Assembly: GCF_000143415.4 (NCBI RefSeq)
Contig: NW_003314269.1
Location: 272,401-336,400 of the forward strand
Source: Selaginella moellendorffii
Lineage: Eukaryota; Plantae; Lycopodiophyta
Direction: 5' to 3'
Length of the DNA: 64,000 nucleotides
Numbering within the stretch: the first letter of the stretch is position 1; the number at the start of each line of letters is the position of its first letter. The notes beneath the pieces were generated by a model that searched no databases, was not told the DNA's origin, and worked only from the letters and a program-made list of their open reading frames with translations. The position numbers and the translations under genes are program-made. This document shows, in pieces, positions 26,801-36,700 of this stretch.

Positions 26801-26988
26801 GAACCTGTATCAACCAACACGGAGAGAAGAATAGGAGACCTCTTGTTATAAAAACGAGCTTGGAAAGTAAACACTGGATGAACCGGTGCCGAGTGAACCC
26901 CTTGATGGTACTCCCGAAAGAAAGATGGAGGGGTCACTAACTTATTCGCGCAAGGTCCCTCCATTACTCGCGCGACTCTTCGTTTCCC
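23824..26988 (-). CDS. pol: Pol polyprotein (PR, RT, RNase H, integrase), expressed by -1 frameshift from gag
   Basis: VLVDTGSS, FCIDYRPLN, LDLASGYWQ, MPFGLNNAPATFQ, FIDD, VDASDIG, HHCC zinc finger, SDNG, HPQSDG, WKGPY. Confidence 0.95.
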   Translation of the reverse strand, partial: GKRRVARVMEGPCANKLVTPPSFFREYHQGVHSAPVHPVFTFQARFYNKRSPILLSVLVDTGSSLSSIARPVATRCRLHLRRAADPVFILYGNGRTHACARDEADLVVRVGNLELELQSLRVVPSQAFDLILVMDWLQHNHAKCDFEASPPCLILPYVSSIPLTSVYLRPSTSTSASITFVPPLFPLVFPSCSALPFSDPSDDLCVATVDQLMKEYSDLFEFDLSSGAKIATRHPIPTGDARPIKVPVRRRSPKEIKILHANVKEMLEKGVIRKSRSPWACEPHLVTKPDRSIRFCIDYRPLNEVTIPDVYPLPHTADLLDRLGRSCWFTKLDLASGYWQVPMAEEDIPKTTFRTPFGLYEFLVMPFGLNNAPATFQRMMDEVLCDMPEVTADFIDDVLIHSEGTWEEHVRDVCKVLDRLHNVGLKLKRSKCVFGSKDTTYLGYRISREGLQVDPDKLVAVLKFPTPKCVNDVQHFLGKVQYLGRFVDHLSDRTIPLRALLKSSTSSFIWSPDCERAFVNLKELLTTPPVLAYPDYTRPFILRVDASDIGLGGVLMQESSSVPGQRHPIAYISRTLQPAEMNYSTTEKECLAAVWGFEKLHAYLHGSRTLLEGDHAAVTSLLKRKNLVGRTARWAFRHLHSQYRLEDGLLYFVGMDPDDHLRLVVPSVFILRFLHAYHDSPILGGHMGHRRVTKKLHRSFYWPEMRRDIIRYVRSCVWCQARNTPPCAAEGRLESIAISRPFELVAFDLMEPFLRSTAGNEYVIIASDYLTRWVEVGALASAFATAVGYFLLNRVVFQHSCPERILSDNGPAFMAELFHVLTSRLGICHTFTSAYHPQSDGLVEWLVRTFKGMIAKYVNFQHSDWDGYLPSLRYAYVRGVQSSVGASPYKLLYSHDPILPTELGLPSRLPRAPDARSWDQYLTSILPLVRAESAEHLGRVQVGQQRRYNSHHRPPAEYKVDDLVLVRFPHLTVRGLSKGLLAQWKGPYRVLRQVGPQVYEVRHDVQQADPPEIVHVQRLKRFIQRDQEQLILSTDPPMPPPDVPPDPGPSTREP

Positions 26989-27896
26989 GAATGCACCTCG
27001 GTATCCAAACCTTCCACTGCAGCAGCACCAACGGGATGTTGCTGACGCCAAGGTCTCCACCCAGGAAATGGAGGTCGCCAATCCGGAAAGCGCCGACAAC
27101 GCTGATAAGTATGACCAACTTCATCACACACCCAGCAACGAACGTCATGGCCACGACCACGTCCTCGCCCCTGTCCTTGGACTCGAGTAGCAGCAGCATC
27201 AACCTCCATGGGAACAGGACCATCACTCATAGGAAGTGGAGCTGAAGAACGTGTAGCAAGAAGTGGAAGAGGCGACGTCTCATAACGTTGTGCCAAGCGA
27301 AGAGCATTGTCAAGAGTGGCAGGAGCAAGTGCATGCACAAGTCTGACAAGATCTTGACGAAGTGCTGGCCACAGCATTCCTAACTTGATCCGCTCCGACA
27401 TATTTGGCTCCGCACGAAGCAAAAGACTTCGGAAACAAACGCCAAATTGCATCACCGACTCAGATGGCCCTTGGCGAAGACGATGCAATTGTTGGAAGGC
27501 ATCATCACAATCGTCAGCGTGTCCAAAGGCGCGTTTGAAGACGTCTGGAAGAACACTCCAATCGCCACAAGTAGCTGCGCTCAATCCATTGTACCACTGC
27601 AATGCCGTCCCTTGGAGACATGTGGGGAACTCACGCAAACGTCGAGCATCATCCCAAGAATGATATGTAGCAATCACCGTGAAGTGATTGAACCAATGGT
27701 ACACATCATCCCCAGGATTCCCACGAAAGAACTCCAGCCGAACGCGAGGATTGGCACCAAAAGCAGGAGGAGTTGTACCATGTGCCGTGAACGCCGCCAT
27801 CAACTGAGTTTGGTTGTTCAATTGCAAGCGCATAGCATCAAGCAATTGAACCAACTGCTGCTCTAGAGTCAAAGGAGGAGATTGCGGATCGGCCAT
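26964..27896 (-). CDS. gag: Gag with CCHC zinc knuckle
   Basis: 310 aa ORF; LQGTALQWY, LRQGPSESV, PVPMEVD, CWVCDEVGHTYQRC. Confidence 0.95.
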   Translation of the reverse strand: MADPQSPPLTLEQQLVQLLDAMRLQLNNQTQLMAAFTAHGTTPPAFGANPRVRLEFFRGNPGDDVYHWFNHFTVIATYHSWDDARRLREFPTCLQGTALQWYNGLSAATCGDWSVLPDVFKRAFGHADDCDDAFQQLHRLRQGPSESVMQFGVCFRSLLLRAEPNMSERIKLGMLWPALRQDLVRLVHALAPATLDNALRLAQRYETSPLPLLATRSSAPLPMSDGPVPMEVDAAATRVQGQGRGRGRGHDVRCWVCDEVGHTYQRCRRFPDWRPPFPGWRPWRQQHPVGAAAVEGLDTEVHSGNEESRE

Positions 27897-28109
27897 GAAA
27901 ATGAATGAAAAAGAAAGAGCAAAAGAAGAGAAATGACAAAAAGCTGGAAAGAAATGGTAGATCTAGATAATGCAAAAAGTTAGATCTAAACCAAAATCCT
28001 GAAAGGAAAGAACAAAAGAAAGGAAATGGAAAAAGCTAGATCTAGACAATGCAAAAGCTAGATCTAAACCGAAATCCCAAATCCAAGCACTCCCCAGGGA
28101 CAATCAAAG

Positions 28110-28128
28110 GTGCCCCTCACCTCCACCA
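28110..28128 (-). promoter_or_regulatory. Primer-binding site, tRNA-Ala-like
   Basis: Minus strand reads TGGTGGAGGTGAGGGG 1 nt inside the 5' LTR. Confidence 0.7.
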
Positions 28129-28129
28129 A

Positions 28130-28303
28130 TGTGAGTGCATGGAATATGGAAAGGGAATACAGAAATGTGCATATCAATTAGCCCAAAAACCCTAGCTTAT
28201 ATACAGGAGCGAATGGTCCGGATTGAAACCAATCCGACGGCTACCAAAATCCACTACGCTAATATTATTATACGGCATCGTAGCCGTACACTTGGCCCTC
28301 ACA
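28130..28303 (-). repeat. Family A 5' LTR
   Basis: Direct repeat of 23618-23791. Confidence 0.97.
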
Positions 28304-30343
28304 TCGTGAAATTAAATCTATATACAATTGCCACTAAATGTGTACAAGTAAATGAGAAATTATTTTATTTGATTATTTTTAAATTTTATCTTTAATTTTT
28401 GTTAATTTTAAGTTTATAATATGTGATTATATATTTTTATTGTGAAGGGAACTCATAAAAAAGAGCCATCATTTTTACACTATTTATTGTTTACATTTTT
28501 CTTCAATATGCTTATATTTTCAATAATTGTGGAATTTATATAGGATTATTTTAGATTATATTAGATATAGATACATATCACTCTTTTTGTGTACTCCACT
28601 GACGATTATAGCTCTAATATAAAATATATTTTAACAAGAATTTATAAGTGAGTGGATTAAATTAAGGTACTTTATTTCTTGTTTTTCTAACTAAAAATAT
28701 TCATATTTGTTGTCATGATATAACATGTTACATTTGTATCATTTAAATTGTACACACTAGATACTCATTGTACCTAGTTTATATAATACTGCATTGCTGC
28801 TAAAGAAATAAATAAATATCAACAACTAATTTAAATCATTATAATATTGAAAGCTAAAGCTAATTTTTAAAAAAATTTGAAGTAAAAAGGTAATAAGATT
28901 GCTAATTTTCATTTTTTTAAATGTTTATGACATGTTTGTAAACAATCACATAACTACGTACTACCACCTTAATATGATGCACTTTAATTCATGGGATTTT
29001 CTCCTTCTGTTCCTTTGAATCTTTCTTGTATATATGTAATAGTGGTTAAAAAAATCTCTTCTATATGTATATATCAAATTTTTTAAAGGTATATGAGTTT
29101 TGAGGCTTCATAATCTTGAAATAATGGCACTTTGTAGCAATAAGTTTAGTACTAAGAAGGATGCATAATAAATATGGAAACCTTATTGGATAGTGTAGCA
29201 TTGGATCAAGAGATGCTAAATTATGTTGCAAAAATCAAGTAACAAAAACGTACGAAGTTTTGACACAACCAAATGAACAATTATGTTAAAACTTTCTATA
29301 ACTCCCAATAAGAAAAAACAATTTCTTGTAGATTCAAGAGTCAATAGTAAAAGAGATGAGTAAGATATGGTAAATACAATGCCAAAGACTATATTATTAG
29401 ATATAGTAATAATGATCTATCCAAGAATAAATGTGCAAATAATCTAAACTCTAAAAAAATTACATTTGATAAATTTAATTTAAAGAATTTTTTTCAAAAG
29501 TTCTCAATGCTCTATCATTTGATAAGCTTTATTAGTTACAATTCAACCTTAAATTAAACACCTAATTATTAGAAGTGTTGATATTTTATATAATATAAAT
29601 ATGGTAGTTTTCTTGTATTTTATATAAGTAGCAGGAATTTATAGTTTCATAGAGTGAATGGTGTCAATATACCAAGTATTTCATTAGAAGATGCATTGAA
29701 TAGATCAAGATAGTTAGTTCGTGAAATACTATCCAAAAAAACCACAATTGAAATAGAATTGGTATAGAATAAATTGCAAAGCTTAATAATAAGTCCCCAT
29801 AATTATTATATATAACTCATTGTCAGTGCTTCCTCACTTCCATCCACATTTGATCAAACAAATTAAACACAAGTTTGATACAATTGTTGAAAATTTAACT
29901 TCTCAATACTTTTTGTTGAGATAAGGAAGTTCAATATATCTCTTAAGAGATAAATTATTTATGTTAGAATAAACTATTATAAAAGGAAATACTTATTGCC
30001 TAAGAAGTCTATAATTGAAATATATAAGTACCTAAAACATTAAAAAAATCATATTTAGTATTATGAATGCATTAGATAATGCCTATAAAGAATAACAAAT
30101 AGAAAATGCTATCCAAGACTCAAGGTTAAGGAAAGCTAGAGACATGAAAAGTTTGTTTATCTAAAGTGGATAATGCCTAAAGTATTTTAGCACGGCTAGC
30201 AATAAGCATACAGACATATATAAATAATAATGTTAATCCTAGTGTGTAAGATTAGAAGTTGAGTATAAGAATTAATTTTTAAGTTATTAAATAGATTTAT
30301 CCCTAAAGATACTTATTAAGGCAAGTACGAAGTACAAATTTAC

Positions 30344-30443
30344 NNNNNNNNNNNNNNNNNNNNNNNNNNNNNNNNNNNNNNNNNNNNNNNNNNNNNNNNN
30401 NNNNNNNNNNNNNNNNNNNNNNNNNNNNNNNNNNNNNNNNNNN
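30344..30443. other. Assembly gap (100 N)
   Basis: Run of N. Confidence 1.
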
Positions 30444-31599
30444 TGGGGAATCAAATATGAGTTTAAGGGTTTGCTACTGGCAAATATGGTATTATAAAGT
30501 ATCTAAAGTATGAAAATATCCATGTTAGACCTAATGGCATACAAAAGTTTATGAAATGTAGGGCCTTTATAAACTAAGGGGTTAATGTTCCAACGTGAAT
30601 TTGAGTAAATTTGTACTTAAAAAATTGAATATAAATGGTTCAAAGGCACATATAAAATCAAATAGCATAAATAAAATATGGTTTGGAAACTTGCCATAAT
30701 GTGAGGTTATCAAGATTAGGGAAGTAGTATTCACATATTCAAATGGATGGTTTTGAATGGAAGTTAATATTTAAGGATTTGGGAGGTGTTGGGTCAGGAG
30801 CGTTGGTCCATTTAGAGGGCAACAGGAGTGCAGGCACTCTGGGAGGCTCGGAACCACTGTCGCTATGTGGAACCTGTGTCGCGGCCATGGGCAGTACCAG
30901 TCTCTTTGTAATTATATGAATTATACTAACATATAAGTAAATGTTTCATATAGAATAGAAAAATAAACAATTTGTATACTTATGCATATGATATTGGTTG
31001 AATGACTTGCTAAATAAAATTAACACTTAAAAGAATGAGGTGCTTAAATGAAGAGTTGACTTCATAAGGGAAGGCTTATGAGGCCAAGCATGAAGAAGTG
31101 CATGCATAAACATAGGTTAATCATCTAGTTTATCAAGTGAGATAATTTAGAAGCTAAGAGGAATAAAGTTCCTAAGTTGTGATACATAGTGTATATATGA
31201 AAAAGAAGTTAATTAACATGGGTATAAGTTTAGTGTATTAGTGTGGGGGGTCACGCCAAATATCCTATTTAATGCCACATATAAGTGCATATATAAAGGT
31301 TGGGTTATAGTTCTAACTCTTTAGTGCTATAAGGGTATTAAAGTGTGGTGATAGTTTGAAATATGAAGATATTCATTTTTTTGTGGTTATAGACTCTCAA
31401 CAAAGAGGTTGGCTTGAGTATATCATCAAGTGGGGGATACTTTAGAATTGTGGATATGGTGAATTGGATGGGGACACCCAATTTTAGTTGTGTAAACAAC
31501 TAAAGAGAACAACTCAAAATATGATTTATAAATATTTAAATATAAAATAAAAATGCCCATAGATAAAAAAAACACCTTTTTTACAATTGGTTAAAAGTC

Positions 31600-31666
31600 T
31601 TAAGATATTTAAAATTAAATGTCTTCGGGTTTAAGTAGTACTATGTTGGGTGGCCTCTCAGGAAGT
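31600..31666 (+). pseudogene. Decayed 5S rRNA-derived fragment (internal promoter region)
   Basis: aattaaatgtcttcgggtttaagtagtactatgttgggtggcctctcaggaagt resembles plant 5S AGTTAAGCGTGCTTGGGCGAGAGTAGTACTAGGATGGGTGACCTCCTGGGAAGT. Confidence 0.6.
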
Positions 31667-32494
31667 TTAAATTCATATCTAAATAATATAACAAATAGGT
31701 AGAGATATAGGATTGGAAGTTAAAAGTCCAATCAATTTTAAGAAATAAGTGTAAAAACACTAAAAGTGATAAAGTTAAACTTTAGATAAATCCAAAGGGA
31801 GAAAAATCTTTATAAAGTTTACTATATAGTGAGTTTGGCATAGGATAAAAGAAAGAATAATAGTGTTCTTAAGTAAAGAATTCTCTAGAATAGGGAAGTA
31901 AAGTGTATACTATAATAATGTGCATAGGAAGATGTTAAAAACACCTAGGAAATTGACACAAGAAGTCAATATTAAGGTTCTAAAGGGCAATTTTTATGTT
32001 GATATAATCTGAGATTACTCTAGAGTGAGTAATAAGATTGAGATAGAGAAAGATGGGTTTCACGAAATCTAAATTAGCAACATGAGAGAACCATCACAAA
32101 TGAGGTAATAAGTCTATAAATTGGGGCTATTTTCTTAAGCATGATGAGTCTTTAGTGTTAAACCATTGATGAATAGTGGCTTTGAATAGGTTATCATTCG
32201 ATAAGGACATTAAATTTTGTCTATGGGTGGTGGAGTTGTAAAACATAAATCCCTCAGTTCCAAAATAGTGCTAAAGGTGTGCTATATGGTAGTGGTTGAA
32301 GGGAAAGTCTAATGAGCGTAACACATTTGGGCTAAAAACTTTGACTTGAAAAATCAAAAGTGAGAGTGAAATTTCTAAAGAAGCACATAAGGAACAAGCA
32401 CAAAGTGAGCAATAAAAAAAAAATTTAAAAAGGATAAAAGAATGATTAACATGTGACAATTGTTAAGATTGAGTCTGAGATCAAGTCCAAAACC

Positions 32495-33703
32495 AATAGT
32501 GCACACGGTTTTTACCCTTTATCCACGAAGCAAAACCTAAACCCTTCATGTGCCACGTGTTACATACCATGTGCCACATGCCATGTGTCCAAAGGACAAT
32601 GGTGTAGAACCCTAGTTTAAAAGCTTTGGGCTATTGAATGAAGGTACGGAGCCAAACCCCTAAGCATGGAGCCAAGAAACAACAGAACTAGACCATAGAG
32701 CAACTCCTAAGCATACAACCCAAAGAGCAAAAGGACAAGAGCACAAAGCAACTTGGAGCAATCTTAGAGCATCCAACATCCCAATGCCAGGACTAATATG
32801 CAAAACGGAGCCAAACAAAATTTGGCGCTATTTTAGAATATTGGTGGCTTAAAAGAGGATATGGGTACTCCACCAACTAGCATGGTATGAAACTTGGGCT
32901 TAGACCCAAGCCAGATGCAAAATAAAGACAGGCACGCAAATAAAAGTTAAACTATGCCTCAGGTTGGTCGCCTATACCAGGCCTACCCACTATCACTATC
33001 CTTACAGGAGTTAGTTTCTAGGACAAGCTCTGTAGCACACCTTATTTTTTTCCCCTTAAGCCTATTGAAAAAAGGGCAATTGCTTGATGAGAGAGCCTTT
33101 AGTGGCTATTTTATCTCCATTCTTATCCCTCAAGGTTCCAAGGATCTACAATGACAATATATCCAAATCTCATCCCATGATTACATGCGTTACAAGCTCA
33201 AACTTTACTAAATATGGAATGTTTCTAGATTGTGAATTTAGACACAGGACAAACAGTATTGTGTTCAAAATAATCTCTACATTTCGTAGATATGCCAAAT
33301 GAGCAAATCTAGACACTTTCCATAATTAGCATTTAAGATCGTAATAAGACTAACACAAAGGGCATGATAACAAGGGTGTTTGGGAGATACAGTAAGCTAT
33401 CATCTAGCGATATTGAGGGACTAGTCTCAATATGCAAAGATTCTTGCTAAGCTAATGCAAGATAGAGCAAAAGAAAACTAAAAGCCAGGCCAAGTATACT
33501 CAACTAGAAACACATTGGAGTTCCTACTTTATGTCCATCTAATTAAGTACAGATATTAAGCCCAGTAAACTAACATTTGAACAAGAGGGGTTAATAAAAA
33601 GAACCAACAATACTGACCTCTTGCCGTTGTGGCAGTAAGGAAAGAATATCGAAAAGGATTAGCTAACAAGTAACTTTCGATACCCACAGTCACATTCGTG
33701 ACA
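32495..33703 (-). mobile_element. Solo LTR of family B
   Basis: First half matches 37188-37705; second half matches 49186-49695. Confidence 0.85.
33031..33194. mobile_element. 164 bp solo LTR nested in the family B solo LTR
   Basis: TGTAGC..GTTACA termini flanked by perfect 5 bp TSD AGCTC; absent from the homologous site at ~49195. Confidence 0.85.
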
Positions 33704-36700
33704 ATTCTAAAAACAAATCACAAACCAAGTACGAGATTGAGTTTCAAACTGAGATTGAGATTGAGTCTGAAGAGTGAAAGCCCAAAGCAATTGTTAGAGG
33801 GTTTACTAAGTCTTTGCGAGATAATAAAGGGAGCGAACTAATGTGACCAAAGAAGGTTATACCTACGTGATAAGTGATGATATAAACACTAAAGAGTTCA
33901 AGGCTAGAGTGAATATAAATGGATAAATCAGATGATTTGATGAAGTGTTCAAGAGTTGGCTCTAGTTTCTCTAAAAGATCAAATGATTGATGTTGTCAAT
34001 CCAAGTGTGAGTGGCACTATCTACTTTGATACTTTGCATGGTTTATCAAAACATCACTCTAGCTACATAGTTAGGGCATATTAGTGGTGAAATGTGGGAA
34101 GAGTACCCATATTGCCTGTGTTAGGCTGTAGTGTTTATTTGAAAGTCTTTGATTCGAAGAATGATCCTCTTGCTTGGTAAGTAAGGGTATGGTTAAGAAT
34201 TCCCAAAGGTCATGAAGACTTAGTAAATAAACTTTCAAGCCCTAAACCAGTAGCAGTATTGGAAAGCATTATTGTGATTGGAGAAGGACTTAGTGGGGAT
34301 TGAAGAAGGGATATTAAAGGACAATATTTCTTCATATCTTAGAATATCCTCAATATGTTAAGAAGTGGTTATAGGATGACCACTCATAAACTAGATGATT
34401 TGATCTTTGAGAGATAAATTTGTGGCACAAATGGTTTTAGACTACCAATAGAACAAATGTAAATGGACATAACTTTAGTGTAACATGTTGGTATGTTAGT
34501 GGTAACTTTAGGTGTTTGCAATAGAACTCAGACACGTGGAGCACTTGGACTAAGTGTAAAAGTAATGTGGCTTAAAAGTCACATTTAGTGAAGACTTATG
34601 GAGATTATAAGTGAAACTCCTCCAAGTGCTTAAAGGTGTGATTAAGTGACTAAAGTAATGGAAAATTTAATCACCTACAATAATTTGATGAAAAGGATTG
34701 AGATAATGAGGACAAGGTGAGATGGACATGAATTAATCAAGGCAAGTTTGACACTAGGAGTGGATACAAACTCCTCCATCTGTTAGTCAACATGCTTGTG
34801 AATATTGAATAGCACATCACTACTCCTAGGGACTAGAGGTTTCATGGCCATCTCCCTAGTTTGGCAACATCACCTAGGACAATTCTATATTGGATATAAC
34901 ATTATTAATTATTTCATAGAAGACACCATAGCAACTAAAAATGTCTCTCATTTTCCATTTTTGGACTTCTTAGATATATCTAATCATCATCTCTTTTCAC
35001 TATAGAGCCAAAAATGGGGACCAGCTCAAATTGGCTGGCCAAGGAAGGCATTAGTTATCTACCACTTGAAACCTCTAGATGCAGTCACACTATAATGGAT
35101 TGCTAAGGAGCTTTGGAATCAGCAACATCAAAAGACTCCACTAGGTGGCACAATAGATCTGCTTGTCATGGTGACACAAACTATAGGAATATTTCAAGAA
35201 TATTCCATAGCCTGTGAAATTTAAGGCTCTTGTTCATTTCATTGGTATTGGAGCAGCATGTTCTTTTGGGGATGGCGAGTGAGCAAGATATTGATCTTGA
35301 TGAGGAGTATGGTGTTAGTGATGATGGCCATGATGATGAAGAAGAGCCTTTTGATGATGTCATTATGCGACAAGGACACTAGATGTCTAAGGTTCAGAGA
35401 GACATAGAGGAGGTTAAGGATTCTATCAATCGCATTAAGGATTTCTTGTTTCGCATGGACCCTCAAGGGTTGAATCAATCTCATGTTTGTGATTACCATT
35501 GGTACATCAAGCATGCCAAGGATTATGGTATCGTGGAATGGAAATCATCACTAGATGTTTGAGATAGTCAAGAGGTTGATTCTTGGTTGGAATTGTGGGA
35601 AAGTTGTTGGTCTCACAATCCTTGTGAGGATAAGATGAAGATAGATATTTTTGCGACGAAGGTTATGGGTCATGTTTCTTTGTGGTGGAAGAACTACATC
35701 AAAGCTAATCTAAAGCTAACTTCTTGAACTGATTTAACGAAGGTTTTCCACGCTTCATTTGTCAAGAAGTTTGAAGAGGTTGATCTTGTGAACCAACTGT
35801 TAAAGATCTAGTAGGGGACTTTATCTTTGGATGCATATGCCCACAAGTTCCATGATCTTTGCCTTAGTCTCATGGGCACCTATAATAAGCTGCTAAAGGT
35901 GCAATATTTATCAAAGGATTGAGTTCAGTAGATGTGCAATAAAAGCTCAAGAAAGATTTTCTAGCAACATTGATTGATGCTAGCTCAGATCTTTTTGCCC
36001 AAACTATCAGTCAATTTGGTCAACTATGGTCAACGAGATGGTCTACAGGGTAGTCAACGTGATGACTAGCTCACTAATACTTCATCTTTGGGGAAAAAAT
36101 GGCCGTTGTCCCTTTGTGGCTCGAAACATGAAGATGGCAGTGAGGTTAAGAAACTTCATTGGACCAGCGAGAGAAAGATAAGGTCAAGGGCAATTGTTTT
36201 CGTTGCCACAGAGCTAGACATTAGAGCAAAGGATTGTTTTAAAAGGGTCAATGAATGATAAGATGACTATGATGGAAGTTAAAGGCAATGATGTGAGTGA
36301 TAGTGTTTTTGGGTTGTATTGCTTTAAGTTAGGCATTCTCTCGCATTCATTAGCCACAAGTTTGATGCCACACGGCGGAATTAGTCTAGTCGCAACAAGG
36401 AGTTGTATTCTATGATTGCTGCTATGAAGGAATGGCAACATTATTTATATGGATCAAGCATTGAGTTGACAATAAGGTGGTTGATGCATTATCCAAGATG
36501 GTAAGTTCTATTTCGTTTGTGAAGGTATCAAGCAATCGCTTGGATAAGCTTAAGGAGTTTGCTGACTTCGACTCCATTATCATTGATATTTGCGTGAAGG
36601 TTTTGTTGAGGGATGCCTCTACAATTTGAGGGTGACAAGTTTGTGTTATTTGAAATATGAATGGAATTCTGGTGAAGAAGAGATGTATAGTGGTTCCTCA

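Larger units (their letters stand above)
23618..28303 (-). mobile_element. Near-intact non-chromovirus Ty3/gypsy LTR retrotransposon (family A), 4686 bp
   Basis: Two 174 bp LTRs (TGTGAG..CTCACA) with 4 differences; PBS and PPT; gag plus pol in order PR-RT-RH-INT; no chromodomain. Confidence 0.97.
30444..34700. mobile_element. Decayed repeat (family C) and other retroelement remnants; boundaries approximate
   Basis: 31230-31480 is the reverse complement of ~63560-63900; 32240-32360 and 33720-33795 recur at 5400-5520 and 5760-5825. Confidence 0.6.

Noticed and set aside
26989-27099. Independent start for pol at 27099
   Set aside because: Non-ATG ORF-caller start inside gag; the frameshift at 26988-26982 explains pol better
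28400-30343. AT-rich tract (also 61100-62600) as a DNA transposon
   Set aside because: Probably eroded TE, but no termini or motifs can be supported by eye
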